From assembly GCA_033856915.1 (NCBI GenBank), contig JAWVEB010000002.1, positions 24,672 to 88,671 of the forward strand: a stretch of 64,000 nt of DNA, read 5' to 3'. Under the pieces are notes generated by a model that was given only the letters and a program-made list of their open reading frames with translations, ran no database searches and had not been told where the DNA came from. The translations under genes were made by a program, and so were the position numbers. Origin of the DNA: Blastocatellia bacterium. GTDB taxonomy: Bacteria > Acidobacteriota > Blastocatellia > Pyrinomonadales > Pyrinomonadaceae. Positions 19,004-28,853 of this stretch are shown piece after piece (the first letter of the stretch is position 1; the number at the start of each line of letters is the position of its first letter).

Positions 19004-20240
19004 CGCGATTCAAATCTTCCATTGTGTTGTCGGAGGTTATGGAATGTTGAGTATCTCCATTGCTACCGCGAGCCAAATCATCATCGCCCACCGGGACCGT
19101 AAAGATGATGCGCGCACCGCGATCTGCGGGGGCGTCCGCAATCCAGATTCGTCCGTTGTGAGCTTCGACAATTCCCTTGGCGATCGCGAGCCCCATGCCT
19201 ATTCCCCCGCTATGACCGGCCGCTGGTTCATTGCTGGTGTCACGATAGAATCTTTCGAAAACGCGCTCGCGCAAGGATGTGGGAATTCCCGGCCCCTGAT
19301 CTCCCACCGCGATCTCTATCATGTCATCGGCCACGCGAGTAGCCTCAATGACGATTGGTGTATCAGGCGGAGCGTATTTGCTGGCGTTATCTATCAGTGT
19401 GTAGATCACTTCCGCGACTGCTCGTGCATCGACACGGACCACCGGCAGTTCGTCTTCCACCGAGACCCGAATTTGATGTTGTCGGGTCAGAGGCTCCGCC
19501 TGCGCCAACGCGGCATCAATGATGTCATCCACTGCGCCCCAGTTGCGATACAACTTCATGTCGCCCGCTTCGATTCGCGCGAGATCAACGATGCCTTCGA
19601 CAAATCGGTCGAGCCTGTCCGCGCCGTGCGTGATCACTCTCAACATCGCCTGCTGCTCTTCGGCACTCAATTTCTCTATCTCCTCGCCTGCCTCACGATC
19701 TTCGAGTAATAAAGTAGCCGACGCCTTTATTGAAGTTAGCGGCGTTCGAATATCATGAGTCACGGCGTCAAGCAGTGCTGATTTCAGACGCTCACTACGC
19801 TTGACTGCCTCAGCTTCACTTGCGCGTTCAAAAGCCTGTTGCAGATCTTCGTAGAGCTGCTTGATTTCGCTCCTTTGCGCTTCCGCTTCCGTGGCGCGTT
19901 GCCGCGCGCGCGCTGAAAGCTGACCAACAGTAAGGGCTGTAATGAAGAAAACCGCGAGCGCCACCCAGTTCTGCGGGTCGGCAATGGTAAATGTATGGAT
20001 CGGTGGAATGAAGAAGAAGTTGAAACAGACTACGCCTAATACTGAGGCTAAGAGTGCCGGTCTGCTTCCACAGAGGATTGCGGTGAAGAGGACAACCAGC
20101 AAAAAGGCCAGCGCGACTGTCGTGGAGTTGATGTGGCCACGAAACGGAATAAGGAAAGCGGTAACGGCGGCAGTGCCTAGAAGAGCGCCGCCATATCGTA
20201 CCCATCTGTTCCTGAATAGCTTCTCGCGCACGCTGTTCAT
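18993..20240 (-). CDS. kdpD: KdpD-type sensor histidine kinase lacking the N-terminal KdpD/USP sensor (membrane DUF4118-like + HisKA + HATPase)
   Basis: It has a 4-TM block (TVALAFLLVVLFTAILCG...FFFIPPIHTFTIADPQNWVAL). The H-box is AVTHDIRTPLTSI, the N-box IDNASKYAP, and the G-boxes GDQGPGI and GGIGMGLAIAKG. Confidence 0.85.
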   Translation of the reverse strand: MNSVREKLFRNRWVRYGGALLGTAAVTAFLIPFRGHINSTTVALAFLLVVLFTAILCGSRPALLASVLGVVCFNFFFIPPIHTFTIADPQNWVALAVFFITALTVGQLSARARQRATEAEAQRSEIKQLYEDLQQAFERASEAEAVKRSERLKSALLDAVTHDIRTPLTSIKASATLLLEDREAGEEIEKLSAEEQQAMLRVITHGADRLDRFVEGIVDLARIEAGDMKLYRNWGAVDDIIDAALAQAEPLTRQHQIRVSVEDELPVVRVDARAVAEVIYTLIDNASKYAPPDTPIVIEATRVADDMIEIAVGDQGPGIPTSLRERVFERFYRDTSNEPAAGHSGGIGMGLAIAKGIVEAHNGRIWIADAPADRGARIIFTVPVGDDDLARGSNGDTQHSITSDNTMEDLNRDGE

Positions 20241-20445
20241 TGTAAGACACTGACATCATTCAAGTGTATCGGGAGGGCTAACCCAGGACACACGTTCGCT
20301 CTTGCTCGGCTTCGAGCAGGAAGCCATGACGAGCAGGTAAACAAGCAAAACTTGAATCGGCGCTGCGGCCAATTACCTATCCCAAAAACACGCGGACTCT
20401 GCGCAGAGCGCTTCTCACAAAAGTGCCGGCTTTAGATTCGGCTGA

Positions 20446-21462
20446 TCACAGTTTACTGGCGGGGTCGACGACGAGCTTGCTTCCCTTTGTGTCGGCGACG
20501 ATCGTGATTCGCATTTCGTACGGCGGGTCCGAGTGCGCCTCGCACCAGCCTCGGAAGGTGATGACGCCATCTTTAGTGGTTAACGCCGGCGCGGTAAGCT
20601 TGTCTCCTCTGGCGGTTCGAGGTGCAGCGGTCGGGACGAGACCATCGGCATTGAACAGCCAGGCAACTCGTTTGAGAGCGCTGGCGGCGTCTAGACCGCT
20701 GGTGCTGAGCAAAGCGAACCAGTCGCCATTTTCACTCTCTGTCACTGCTTGGCCCGAACGATCAACTGCGGTCCGATCCTGCAGCGGCCTCCAACTGCCC
20801 ACGGGCCTCTCGCCGTGATAGAAAAAGCCCCAGTCGCCGATGCGCAGCGACACAACCTCGTGGGGTTTATCGTTGAGTGGCTTTCCTTGCTTCTCCATCC
20901 ATGCGACGTAGCGGGCAGTGTCCTCGGCCGGCGTAGGTGCGGGAGTCGGCGGCCCTTGAATCGCACTCGCATGATCCTGCGATTCTTTTAACCATGAATG
21001 TACCGTGAGCACAAAACGCCTTCCCTCGCACTTGTCTGCCACCAGTTTGAACGTCAACGTCTTGTCCTGATAACTTAACTTATAACTTCCGGTCTCCATT
21101 TCGGGTTCTTGAGTGCAAGCGAGGTCTCCTCGTTCATCCTTAAACTTTATTTGTTCTGTTGAGGAAGTGAGATGTCCTTCAACCAGAACTCTGCCATCCT
21201 TTGAGATTTGATACGCATCCTCTTTCGCGAAGATCATCTGCCACTTGCCGACGAAGTTATTCCTGGCCTCATCAGGAACGTTCGCAGGAAGATCTTGAGC
21301 TACGATTGACATGGAGTACGCGCCAAGTTGCGGAGTTGAGGGGCCAACTGTAAAGGCCGCCGGCACGAACAACAGCAACGATGTTACTGCGGCCATAGCG
21401 CACCGTGCAGCTCGTCTCGGCATAATTCTCCTTTTCAACCTATTCGAGATCTTCATAAGCAT
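20446..21462 (-). CDS. hypothetical secreted protein
   Basis: It has a signal-like segment (AAVTSLLLFVPAAFTVG) and no recognised motif. It lies downstream of, and co-directional with, the CHAT gene. Confidence 0.55.
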   Translation of the reverse strand: MLMKISNRLKRRIMPRRAARCAMAAVTSLLLFVPAAFTVGPSTPQLGAYSMSIVAQDLPANVPDEARNNFVGKWQMIFAKEDAYQISKDGRVLVEGHLTSSTEQIKFKDERGDLACTQEPEMETGSYKLSYQDKTLTFKLVADKCEGRRFVLTVHSWLKESQDHASAIQGPPTPAPTPAEDTARYVAWMEKQGKPLNDKPHEVVSLRIGDWGFFYHGERPVGSWRPLQDRTAVDRSGQAVTESENGDWFALLSTSGLDAASALKRVAWLFNADGLVPTAAPRTARGDKLTAPALTTKDGVITFRGWCEAHSDPPYEMRITIVADTKGSKLVVDPASKL

Positions 21463-21529
21463 TGTTCCATTCGTCGCTGCCTCAGGTTAATAAGCGAATT
21501 CGAGAAAAACATTTCGGATCACCGCTCAA

Positions 21530-24500
21530 TCAACGCTTGCCATCGAGGTTGGTCCAGTCTCCGGATTGAATGAAGTTCGCCCAATAGAAGGGATGAAGTT
21601 TTGGGTCGTGGCGGAGCATGTCGAGTTGCACTTGTCGCAGGGCTTCGCCGCGACCCACGCCTTGTTTGAGGTTTCGATAGTACTGGGTCATCAATCCGCG
21701 GGTCGTGAAATCGCTGATGGGCCAGAGGCTCATAACCAGAGACTCGGCGCCGGCCAAAACGAAAGCGCGGCGCAAACCATAAACGCCTTCACCGTTTCGC
21801 ACCTCGCCGACTCCGGTATCGCAGGCGGACAGGACGACCAGTTTCGTACCCCACAGATTCAGGCGCGATGCTTCAAGTGCCGTAAGTATTCCATCGTCGT
21901 TACCGTTGCCGCGGCGAAGATTAGCGCCGGAGAAAGCAAGACCCGAACGTAATAACGGATTGGCGATCTGCGGAGTCGCGTTGATGCTGCGCGTTGCGCT
22001 GTTGACGGTATCCGGCGCTCCGAGAAAAAAACCATGTGTGGCAATATGCAGAACGCGCGGTCCTACTGTTTGCTTGAGCGCAGCCTCAGTGGCCTGAGGC
22101 CCGCTTAACAAGCTGGCGTCGGGAAACAGCAACTGAATTGAGCGAGCCTCCAGCACCGTGCCGCCGAGCTGGGCGAAATAAAGCTGGGACAGCTCCTCTC
22201 CCGCGGTGACGCTGGGGCGCTCGGTCCTGCGTGTAGACGGACTCATGACTGATTTTGCTTTACCTGGCAAGTCCGTGGCTTCGCCAAACGATGGGTTAGC
22301 TAAGACGACTGGGCCGCTTTTGCTTTCGCGCTCAATCTTCATCCGCAGGAGATCCCGACCGCTCGTCAGGTACGTAAGCGAATAGCGCTGAATCAAGAAA
22401 TCTCCCTGCTCATCCACGAGCGCGGCAAAGGGAATTAGATTCAACTGGCCGTCAGGCGAGACGAGCAGTTGTGTCGCATCGCCCAGCCACTCTCGGATCG
22501 GTCCGATTACTCTTTCGTAGACTACGCGCCCTAATTCTTGCGCATCGCTTCGCTGTGGATCGCGCAAGGACTGACGCAAAGCACCGATCGCGTCGTCAAT
22601 CGCTTTGGCCTCACCCAGGTCCTTGCCGCGAGATCCGCTCCCATGGCGCACGACATAGGCGACGTAGTGAGGTTTGCCGAAGGCTTCGTCAGAGTTAACC
22701 GCTTTGGGATCGAACGGACGATAGGTAGCGAACTCAATCAGCGCCGCATTGTTGGGAATCGCAGCCTGGACGGCGGCAATCGTCACTGGCTGTGATTGCG
22801 CGCGAAATTCCGCGCTGCGTTCGCTGATTTCGGATTCAAGTCTCTCTTTTTCTTCTTCCCGGGACGTGAGTTCCTTCTGATATTCTTCCCGCGCCATTTT
22901 TCCCGGCCCGTCGAGCGCCAGGTTGGCGAGCCGCTCTACGGCTGAGTTCAACTGGCCGAGCAGTTTTTGGTCTTCGGGATTCGATCGTTGGCGCAGAGCT
23001 TTGAAACTGTCGGACATCGCGTCAAGGACCCGCCCTTTGCGCTGCAAAAGAACCAGCGTGGCCAGGTTAGCTGCCCTCTGATCATTCGGCGCAAAGCTGA
23101 GATGCAAAGAGATCGTGCGCGCGGAGGCCTCCGCCAGATCATCGACATAGGCAAGCTTTTGACGTTCGGATCCGATTACTAGATCCAAAGCGACGGCGAC
23201 TTCCTGGCCCGTCTCTGCCCGGGTCTGAAATTGAATGGCGCTGGTGATGTCGCCGATTGCCATATAAGTCCTGGCAATATTTGCCAGCAAGGTCAATGTT
23301 AGACCGTGATATGGCCCGACGGCTTTTTCAGCGATGCTGAGTGCGCGTTGTTGCAACTCAAGCGCCTTCGCGTAATCGTGTTCGGCGTGATAGATGTTGG
23401 CGATGTTATTCTGCAACGCGGCGACATTCGGGTGTTCAGGCCCGACCGTTTCTTCTCTGATAGCCAGAGCACGCTCGTACAACTCCACGGCCCGCGCATA
23501 ATCTTTTCTTTGTCGAGCGAGAACACCCAGGTTTTGCAGCGTGTCACCGACCCTGGGATTCTCCGGACCAAACTTCTTTTCGTAGATTGCCAGCGCTCGC
23601 AGTAATAGCGGCTCGGCCCGTGCGTATTCACCGCGGGCGCGATAAAGATTCCCAAGGTTGTTGAGTAGCCGCGCCTGGTCAACGTTATCGGGCTCGAGTA
23701 CTTTCGCGGCGATGGCCAAGGCGCGTTCGAGATCGTGTTCAGCTTGCACCAGATCGCCCAGGTCGAACTCAACCGCCTCGAGGTTGTCCAGAAACGCCAC
23801 CACTCTCGGGTGTTCCGGGCCAAGCGTTCGCTCGGTAATCTCCAGTGATTGCCGCAACAGCCGTTCTGCTTTTGGGTAATCGTTCATCGCTCGGTACACC
23901 AGTCCAAGCCGATTCAGAGAGTCAGCAGTCTGGGTATGGTCCGGGCCCAGCGCTTTCTCATTGACGGCCAGCGCGCGTTGGAGTGTCGCTTCAGCCTTCG
24001 CATACTCTCCGCCGTTCCGTTGGTAGGCTCCCAGATCATTAAGCAGATAACCGACAAAGCCGTCATTCGGCCCCAGCGCTTTTTCCCCCGCTAAGACCGC
24101 TTGCGTTGCCAGCGCAGCCGCCTCTTTATACTTGCCTGCCGTTCCGAGGGTGAAAGCTTCCGTGCTGAGGCGGCGGGCCGCATCCAGCCAGCGATCATGT
24201 TCAGTAGACGCGCGAATTTCCTCGATCTGAATTTCATAGCGCCCGGCGGATCCTCTCAAGCTCGCTTTGATATCCAACCGATACGCGCCTGCTGTTTCAG
24301 CCACGAACCCGACACTCTCGGTAACCACCGGGCGCCACTCTGAGGCGAACCTCGCAATCAAATTGCCGTTCGGCGCGAAGAATTGCTCGACAACATTGAT
24401 CCCGTGGCGTTGAATAGTGACCTCGACAAACTGATCTTTGGCCAGCGTAAACTGATAACTCTCCGTCTGTCCTCCAGTGATTTCACGCTCAAGTGGCTTG

Positions 24501-24685
24501 CCTAATTCAAGTGCCGTGGCCGCCGGCAGATTTTGCGGACCGCCATAGTACGCGAGCGCGCTTTTGGCGTGAGCGAGTTGAGTGCCGAACGCGATTATTA
24601 ACAGCGCGGCAAACCGCAGACTTAGCCGGGTCGATATCTTTGGTTGTGGGTGATCAACGAGTCGCTTGAACATATCGCGCCCCAA
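21530..24685 (-). CDS. secreted TPR-repeat protein with C-terminal CHAT (caspase-like) protease domain
   Basis: It has a signal-like N-terminus. About 8 TPR units of the YxxAExLxxRALAIxEKxLGPxHP type follow. The C-terminal CHAT dyad context is VLHIATHGFF and LVVLSACDTGVGEV. Confidence 0.88.
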   Translation of the reverse strand: MGRDMFKRLVDHPQPKISTRLSLRFAALLIIAFGTQLAHAKSALAYYGGPQNLPAATALELGKPLEREITGGQTESYQFTLAKDQFVEVTIQRHGINVVEQFFAPNGNLIARFASEWRPVVTESVGFVAETAGAYRLDIKASLRGSAGRYEIQIEEIRASTEHDRWLDAARRLSTEAFTLGTAGKYKEAAALATQAVLAGEKALGPNDGFVGYLLNDLGAYQRNGGEYAKAEATLQRALAVNEKALGPDHTQTADSLNRLGLVYRAMNDYPKAERLLRQSLEITERTLGPEHPRVVAFLDNLEAVEFDLGDLVQAEHDLERALAIAAKVLEPDNVDQARLLNNLGNLYRARGEYARAEPLLLRALAIYEKKFGPENPRVGDTLQNLGVLARQRKDYARAVELYERALAIREETVGPEHPNVAALQNNIANIYHAEHDYAKALELQQRALSIAEKAVGPYHGLTLTLLANIARTYMAIGDITSAIQFQTRAETGQEVAVALDLVIGSERQKLAYVDDLAEASARTISLHLSFAPNDQRAANLATLVLLQRKGRVLDAMSDSFKALRQRSNPEDQKLLGQLNSAVERLANLALDGPGKMAREEYQKELTSREEEKERLESEISERSAEFRAQSQPVTIAAVQAAIPNNAALIEFATYRPFDPKAVNSDEAFGKPHYVAYVVRHGSGSRGKDLGEAKAIDDAIGALRQSLRDPQRSDAQELGRVVYERVIGPIREWLGDATQLLVSPDGQLNLIPFAALVDEQGDFLIQRYSLTYLTSGRDLLRMKIERESKSGPVVLANPSFGEATDLPGKAKSVMSPSTRRTERPSVTAGEELSQLYFAQLGGTVLEARSIQLLFPDASLLSGPQATEAALKQTVGPRVLHIATHGFFLGAPDTVNSATRSINATPQIANPLLRSGLAFSGANLRRGNGNDDGILTALEASRLNLWGTKLVVLSACDTGVGEVRNGEGVYGLRRAFVLAGAESLVMSLWPISDFTTRGLMTQYYRNLKQGVGRGEALRQVQLDMLRHDPKLHPFYWANFIQSGDWTNLDGKR

Positions 24686-24719
24686 GATTGCCAGATTGGC
24701 TGTTCGGGTTGAGGCGCTA

Positions 24720-25721
24720 TTATTTCACGACTTTGAATGGATAGTCACTCATTACCTCGGTCTTGCCGTTCGCGGAAACACCAGAGACTTGCATGAGGTA
24801 GGTTTGAGGTTTGAGCAGACCAGACGAAAAACCTACGCTGACTACTTGGCCGTTGTTTGCAGATCGGGCTCGGAGTTTGCCACTCTGCCAAAGGGTTTGA
24901 TGATTGGATTGATCGATCAAAGCCACACGGTAAGCCTGGTAATCATTGGGTTCCATTTTCAACTGCAGAGCGACGCGACCAGAGCCTGGCGGAATATTAA
25001 GTGTCTGGATTTGGCCCGCACCGCGTAGCCCTGGACTAAGAATAAAGGAAGCAATACTCGTTTGACCTGGACCTGGCGGGGCCTGTGATTGCGTCGCCCG
25101 TTCCTGCCCATTTTGCTTCTTTGATTCCCGGTCTAAACGCTCGCGCTCCGCGCGCACTTGCGCGAGTTCCTGTTCGGCTTTTGATTTCGCTGCGTGCTCA
25201 GCTTCCCGTTGCTGCCGCAATGCCAGTTCGCGCTGCTGCAGTTCATCTCGTCGGATCTGCGCTTGCGACATCTGTTGACGCACTCGCAGGTTGTCGATCA
25301 AAAACCAACCGCCAACGAAAAGCAGGAGCAGTACGCCAGCGGCAACACCCCAACGCAATGCCGGTCTCGGCGCGAGGAACAATGCTGCAAACCATCCTTG
25401 TCTGCTCGCGCCATCGGGTAAATCTTTGCCTCGGACTTCTGCCACACTCCGTTCCGCAAAGACCTGCAACGCTTTCGCTAAGGTGACCTTGTCACGCCTG
25501 GTTGGCGAAGCGAGATAATGTAACTTGAACTCTTCCAGCATCCGTCCGGAGAGATCTCCCCGCACATAGGCGTCGACCAGATCTTTCTCGCAGGCGGTGA
25601 GGGCGGCCGCAAACTCATCGTCAGCAACACTCAATTCATCGTATCGCTCAGCGTCCGCCTCGGGCAGACAGCCAAGCAGATAATCGGTCATTACTTGTTC
25701 GTTGTAGGTCGCTTCGCTCAT
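24720..25721 (-). CDS. membrane anti-sigma factor (single TM, coiled-coil, extracytoplasmic beta-rich domain)
   Basis: Its position directly downstream of the ECF sigma gene fits. The N-terminal helical segment is VMTDYLLGCLPEADAERYDE. The TM is WGVAAGVLLLLFVGGWFLI. An R/Q/E-rich coiled coil follows. Confidence 0.65.
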   Translation of the reverse strand: MSEATYNEQVMTDYLLGCLPEADAERYDELSVADDEFAAALTACEKDLVDAYVRGDLSGRMLEEFKLHYLASPTRRDKVTLAKALQVFAERSVAEVRGKDLPDGASRQGWFAALFLAPRPALRWGVAAGVLLLLFVGGWFLIDNLRVRQQMSQAQIRRDELQQRELALRQQREAEHAAKSKAEQELAQVRAERERLDRESKKQNGQERATQSQAPPGPGQTSIASFILSPGLRGAGQIQTLNIPPGSGRVALQLKMEPNDYQAYRVALIDQSNHQTLWQSGKLRARSANNGQVVSVGFSSGLLKPQTYLMQVSGVSANGKTEVMSDYPFKVVK

Positions 25722-25772
25722 TTCAGACTCACGCTACTTCCAAATCTTTTAGACAAAACTGGGGAAAACATT

Positions 25773-26465
25773 TCATTCGCTACCGGCACACTCTTTAACG
25801 CAGGCCTCAATCTTATCGCGTATGCGACACGCGCGGATGCTCAAGGCATTCACTGTTATTTCTAAATCTCTTGCCAGAGCGAGCCGGTTGTCGATCTTGA
25901 CTCGTCGCTCACCATAATAGTAGCGAACGATTAGTTCTCGATGCTTCGGATCCAACTTTTCTGTGCATTGGTCCAGGCAAATCAGCATACGCTCGCGGTG
26001 AAGGCTTTCATCCTCGGCTTCAGAAATAGCGGGCTGATTCGTGGCAGCGAGAGCGTTTATTGCGTCGAGTGGTACTTCCTCATTTCGCTCGCGCAAGGAC
26101 TCCAAAAATACAAAGCGAGCCACGATGTAACAATAACGGGCCGCAGCCTCGCTGACGATCTGTCCCTCTTCTTCCAGCCGGCGAGCTACGCGGTTCAGAG
26201 TTTCGTCCGCCAGGTCGTCAGGTACGGGGCAGTTCTTACGATCGAAGTAAGCTATTAAACGCCGCCGCATCTCGAGGTATTTTTCGCCCTCGGAATTGGT
26301 ACCTTCATCCAGCCAGTTGAGCAGCCCCTCAAATACATGCGGAGTAAGGGTCCAGTTTTTCTTCTGCTCTACCTGTCTCAACGAAGGCTCATTCATTATC
26401 TGATCAATCCTGGACCAGTGGCTGTTGCTGTTCGAGAGCATAAGACTTCTTGCGCTTAGCATCAA
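25773..26465 (-). CDS. ECF-type sigma-70 family RNA polymerase sigma factor
   Basis: Region-2-like helices are DLADETLNRVARRLEE and YCYIVARFVFLESLR. The region-4 HTH is REL...YYYGE...IDNRLALARDLEITVNALSIRACRIRDKI. The true start is probably internal (MNEPSL...). Confidence 0.75.
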   Translation of the reverse strand: MMLSARSLMLSNSNSHWSRIDQIMNEPSLRQVEQKKNWTLTPHVFEGLLNWLDEGTNSEGEKYLEMRRRLIAYFDRKNCPVPDDLADETLNRVARRLEEEGQIVSEAAARYCYIVARFVFLESLRERNEEVPLDAINALAATNQPAISEAEDESLHRERMLICLDQCTEKLDPKHRELIVRYYYGERRVKIDNRLALARDLEITVNALSIRACRIRDKIEACVKECAGSE

Positions 26466-26751
26466 TCAGCCCTCGTTCAAGCTCAGGTGAAGGGGTGATA
26501 GGTAGCTTTGACTTTCCGTTTGGGGCCATCCGCAGCGAAATCCCAGCTGCTCTTAGTGGAAGTGCATCAGTGCCGATCCCGTTGGAGCTAAAGTCAACGG
26601 AAAGTTTCTCCATACGACCGACATGAAATGTTTTTCCGAAAACCTCTTATCAAGGTGAATTACTCGGCGCCGATTGGTTGAAACGCGAGATCGATCGCGC
26701 GTTAACAGGTCGAAACGCTGTAAACCAAGAGACAAGTTTTCAGGAGGGATC

Positions 26752-27585
26752 ATGACACCTTTGCGAGCCACGAGAAACAGATGGATGAGCGTTTGCCTGG
26801 CAGCTGCAGCCTTACTGCTAACGGCGCACATTGCTTCCGGTCAAATCCGAATCGGAGGCCTCACGATCGCTAAGCCTAACCGCGCGAACCCCGCGAAGAC
26901 GGAAAAAACTCAACCTCAACCCGAAAATACATCGCGACCGTCTGACGCCAAGACCGAGCCGGCTGCCAGATCGGAAAGCTCGGCGACTGCGGCTGTGCAA
27001 CAAGATCCGCCGGGCTTGTTGAACTATTTTCTTCACGAAATCGCCGAAGCCAAAAACGACGTCGATATTTATGACCCGGCCGAGAGACAGTACTTAGTCA
27101 AAGCCGTACAAGAAGAATGGGTCCTGCGTGCGGTGTCGCCGCGCGCGCGAGCAGAACACGCGACAAGCGACCATTACGCTGAATGGCGGAAAGCCAATCC
27201 GGGAAATCAACTCGACACCGCGCTCGATGAGCTGGCCGTATCCGTCGCAAAAAAGCTTCCGAGTTACAAACCGGCCGCAAGCGCTTTCCAATTCCGTAAT
27301 CCGGTTGCCGAGAAACTCTTGATGAGTGAATTCAAGAATACCGCGACGATGAAGATCCACCGTATAGGCGTGGCCAGCGCCGGCTGGTTGATCCAAAAAG
27401 ATAGCGATGGACTCCCCAGTTACCGTTTCAAGTTCGCCAACATCTATTTCCGCGATAGCAGCGACGACCATCCGTACTGCCATTTCATTTCAGTAAGGGT
27501 GAAACAGGACTATGCGGGCGGCGGGACTTATAGCACCGAAATCTACCGCTCGAGTGCTCAGGACGAGCTGTTTGGATGTCCTTGA
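26752..27585 (+). CDS. hypothetical secreted protein
   Basis: The ATG at 26752 is preceded by GGAGGG. The signal peptide is MSVCLAAAALLLTAHIASG, followed by a low-complexity linker. The track ORF begins earlier, at 26674. Confidence 0.6.
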   Translation: MTPLRATRNRWMSVCLAAAALLLTAHIASGQIRIGGLTIAKPNRANPAKTEKTQPQPENTSRPSDAKTEPAARSESSATAAVQQDPPGLLNYFLHEIAEAKNDVDIYDPAERQYLVKAVQEEWVLRAVSPRARAEHATSDHYAEWRKANPGNQLDTALDELAVSVAKKLPSYKPAASAFQFRNPVAEKLLMSEFKNTATMKIHRIGVASAGWLIQKDSDGLPSYRFKFANIYFRDSSDDHPYCHFISVRVKQDYAGGGTYSTEIYRSSAQDELFGCP

Positions 27586-28262
27586 TCACAGAAGCCAAAG
27601 GTTTTCGTCCATTTTATGAAGACTCAGGGAGATTACTCATGAACAATCTGGCTTACAATTCGCAGGATGCCGCTTCCGTAGGGCCCAGGGTGGAAGAGAA
27701 AGTCCGCGAAGAATTGGGCGCGAGCGCGCCGCTTTCTTATCAGGTCGAAACTGGAGAGGCCGCGACCGCGACGATTGGGTCGGTTCTGGGCGACATCGGG
27801 AGCGCGCTGATGGGCGGCGCAGAGAGTATGCTCTTTCGCTTGAATTTTGATCTACCGCAACCTCGACCGGCGAATTTGCACGTCAACGTCAACCGTCAGG
27901 GAATCGGCTCGTACGTTGGGATGTTGGTCTACTCCGCGCAGCTTTCAAAACCGATCACTGGCGAGGTCATGCTTGAAGAGCCGAAGTTTTTCGGCAAATC
28001 CAAGTTTACCGGCGACGCGGCATCGGCGAAGTTAAATGCCAATGGTGATCTCATCAAGCGCGCCAACACTTTTGCCCGCACGGAGTCTCAATCCGGTGGG
28101 TTGACTCTCAAGATCAAACGTAGCTTTCGGCTCGTGCCGCACGAAAGTGGCTCGCTGCTGATTATTGGCACATTGCCCCGACCCACCAAAATGGGTTTGA
28201 GTGCGACCGTTGACGCCAAAGACTTTTTTGACATCGCCGACATGATCGAAAAAGCACTCTGA
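27576..28262 (+). CDS. hypothetical protein (alternative start 27639 after a GGGAG)
   Basis: The ORF is co-directional with, and abuts, the previous gene. I recognise no motif. Confidence 0.5.
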   Translation: MSLITEAKGFRPFYEDSGRLLMNNLAYNSQDAASVGPRVEEKVREELGASAPLSYQVETGEAATATIGSVLGDIGSALMGGAESMLFRLNFDLPQPRPANLHVNVNRQGIGSYVGMLVYSAQLSKPITGEVMLEEPKFFGKSKFTGDAASAKLNANGDLIKRANTFARTESQSGGLTLKIKRSFRLVPHESGSLLIIGTLPRPTKMGLSATVDAKDFFDIADMIEKAL

Positions 28263-28435
28263 TTTCGAACGCAGACTTGCAGAAATCCTTCCCATTGCTG
28301 GTGCGGCCGCCTTGTAGTTCCAGAGTCTCGGCACAAGTTGTCTCGATTTTTGGGAGGCTGCCCAAGGACGGAAACCGACGGAAAGTTGACGTTCTACGTG
28401 GGGCACTACAACATTGACACGATTCGACGTAAAAA

Positions 28436-28480
28436 TGGTAGGCGCGTGGGGATTTGAACCCCAGACCCCTACCGTGTCAA
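28436..28480 (-). pseudogene. tRNA-Val(GAC)-like 3' fragment (anticodon loop, T-arm, acceptor 3' strand, CCA), not a complete tRNA
   Basis: The minus strand reads ttgacacggtaggggtc-tgggg-ttcaaat-cccca-cgcgcct-a-cca. The T stem-loop is perfect and the GAC is in loop context. No complementary 5' anticodon stem, D-arm or 5' acceptor strand follows. Confidence 0.7.
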
Positions 28481-28570
28481 TCCGCGAACCAGCGCCGCGT
28501 ATAATGCGTAATGCGTTTTTACGGCGTACTTTTTTATCGAAGCGGCTAGAGAGGTCACTTTACGCTGCTA
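28436..28570. repeat. direct repeat copy A (~135 bp: tRNA-like fragment + spacer + atcgaagcggctagagaggtcac block)
   Basis: It is colinear with 32683..32814. The tRNA-like block and a second conserved block lie 97-98 nt further on in both copies. Confidence 0.7.
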
Positions 28571-28853
28571 AAACTGAATAAGAGCCAGGCGCATTCCGGC
28601 AAAATTCCGGCAAAGATATCCACCTAACTTTTCAAGCGGCTCGGGCCGAGCAGAATGGTCCACCCTTGCCTTGCTTTATCTTCTCAGCGTTACCATTTGA
28701 AATCCAATCTATGGCAATGCCGCTGCAGATGTCGGGAAGTCTCATTCATCCGCGCGCGCAACCCTGAGTTCCGGGCCTAGTGACGTCCCTCGTGCACATG
28801 GTTCGGGGTGAGGCGATCAATTGCCAAGTCTCAACTCACCGCGCTCGAAGTCG

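Noticed and set aside
18984-19709. 241-aa plus-strand ORF
   Set aside because: It is antisense to the kdpD kinase gene (H, N and G boxes present on the minus strand). I treat it as a shadow ORF. The same logic applies to 40901..41479, 41774..42403, 42990..43655, 2110..2493 and similar track entries.
28436-28480. Calling the tRNA-like sequence a functional tRNA-Val
   Set aside because: The sequence 5' of the anticodon loop is not complementary to the 3' anticodon stem. No D-arm or 5' acceptor strand (aggcgcg) is present.
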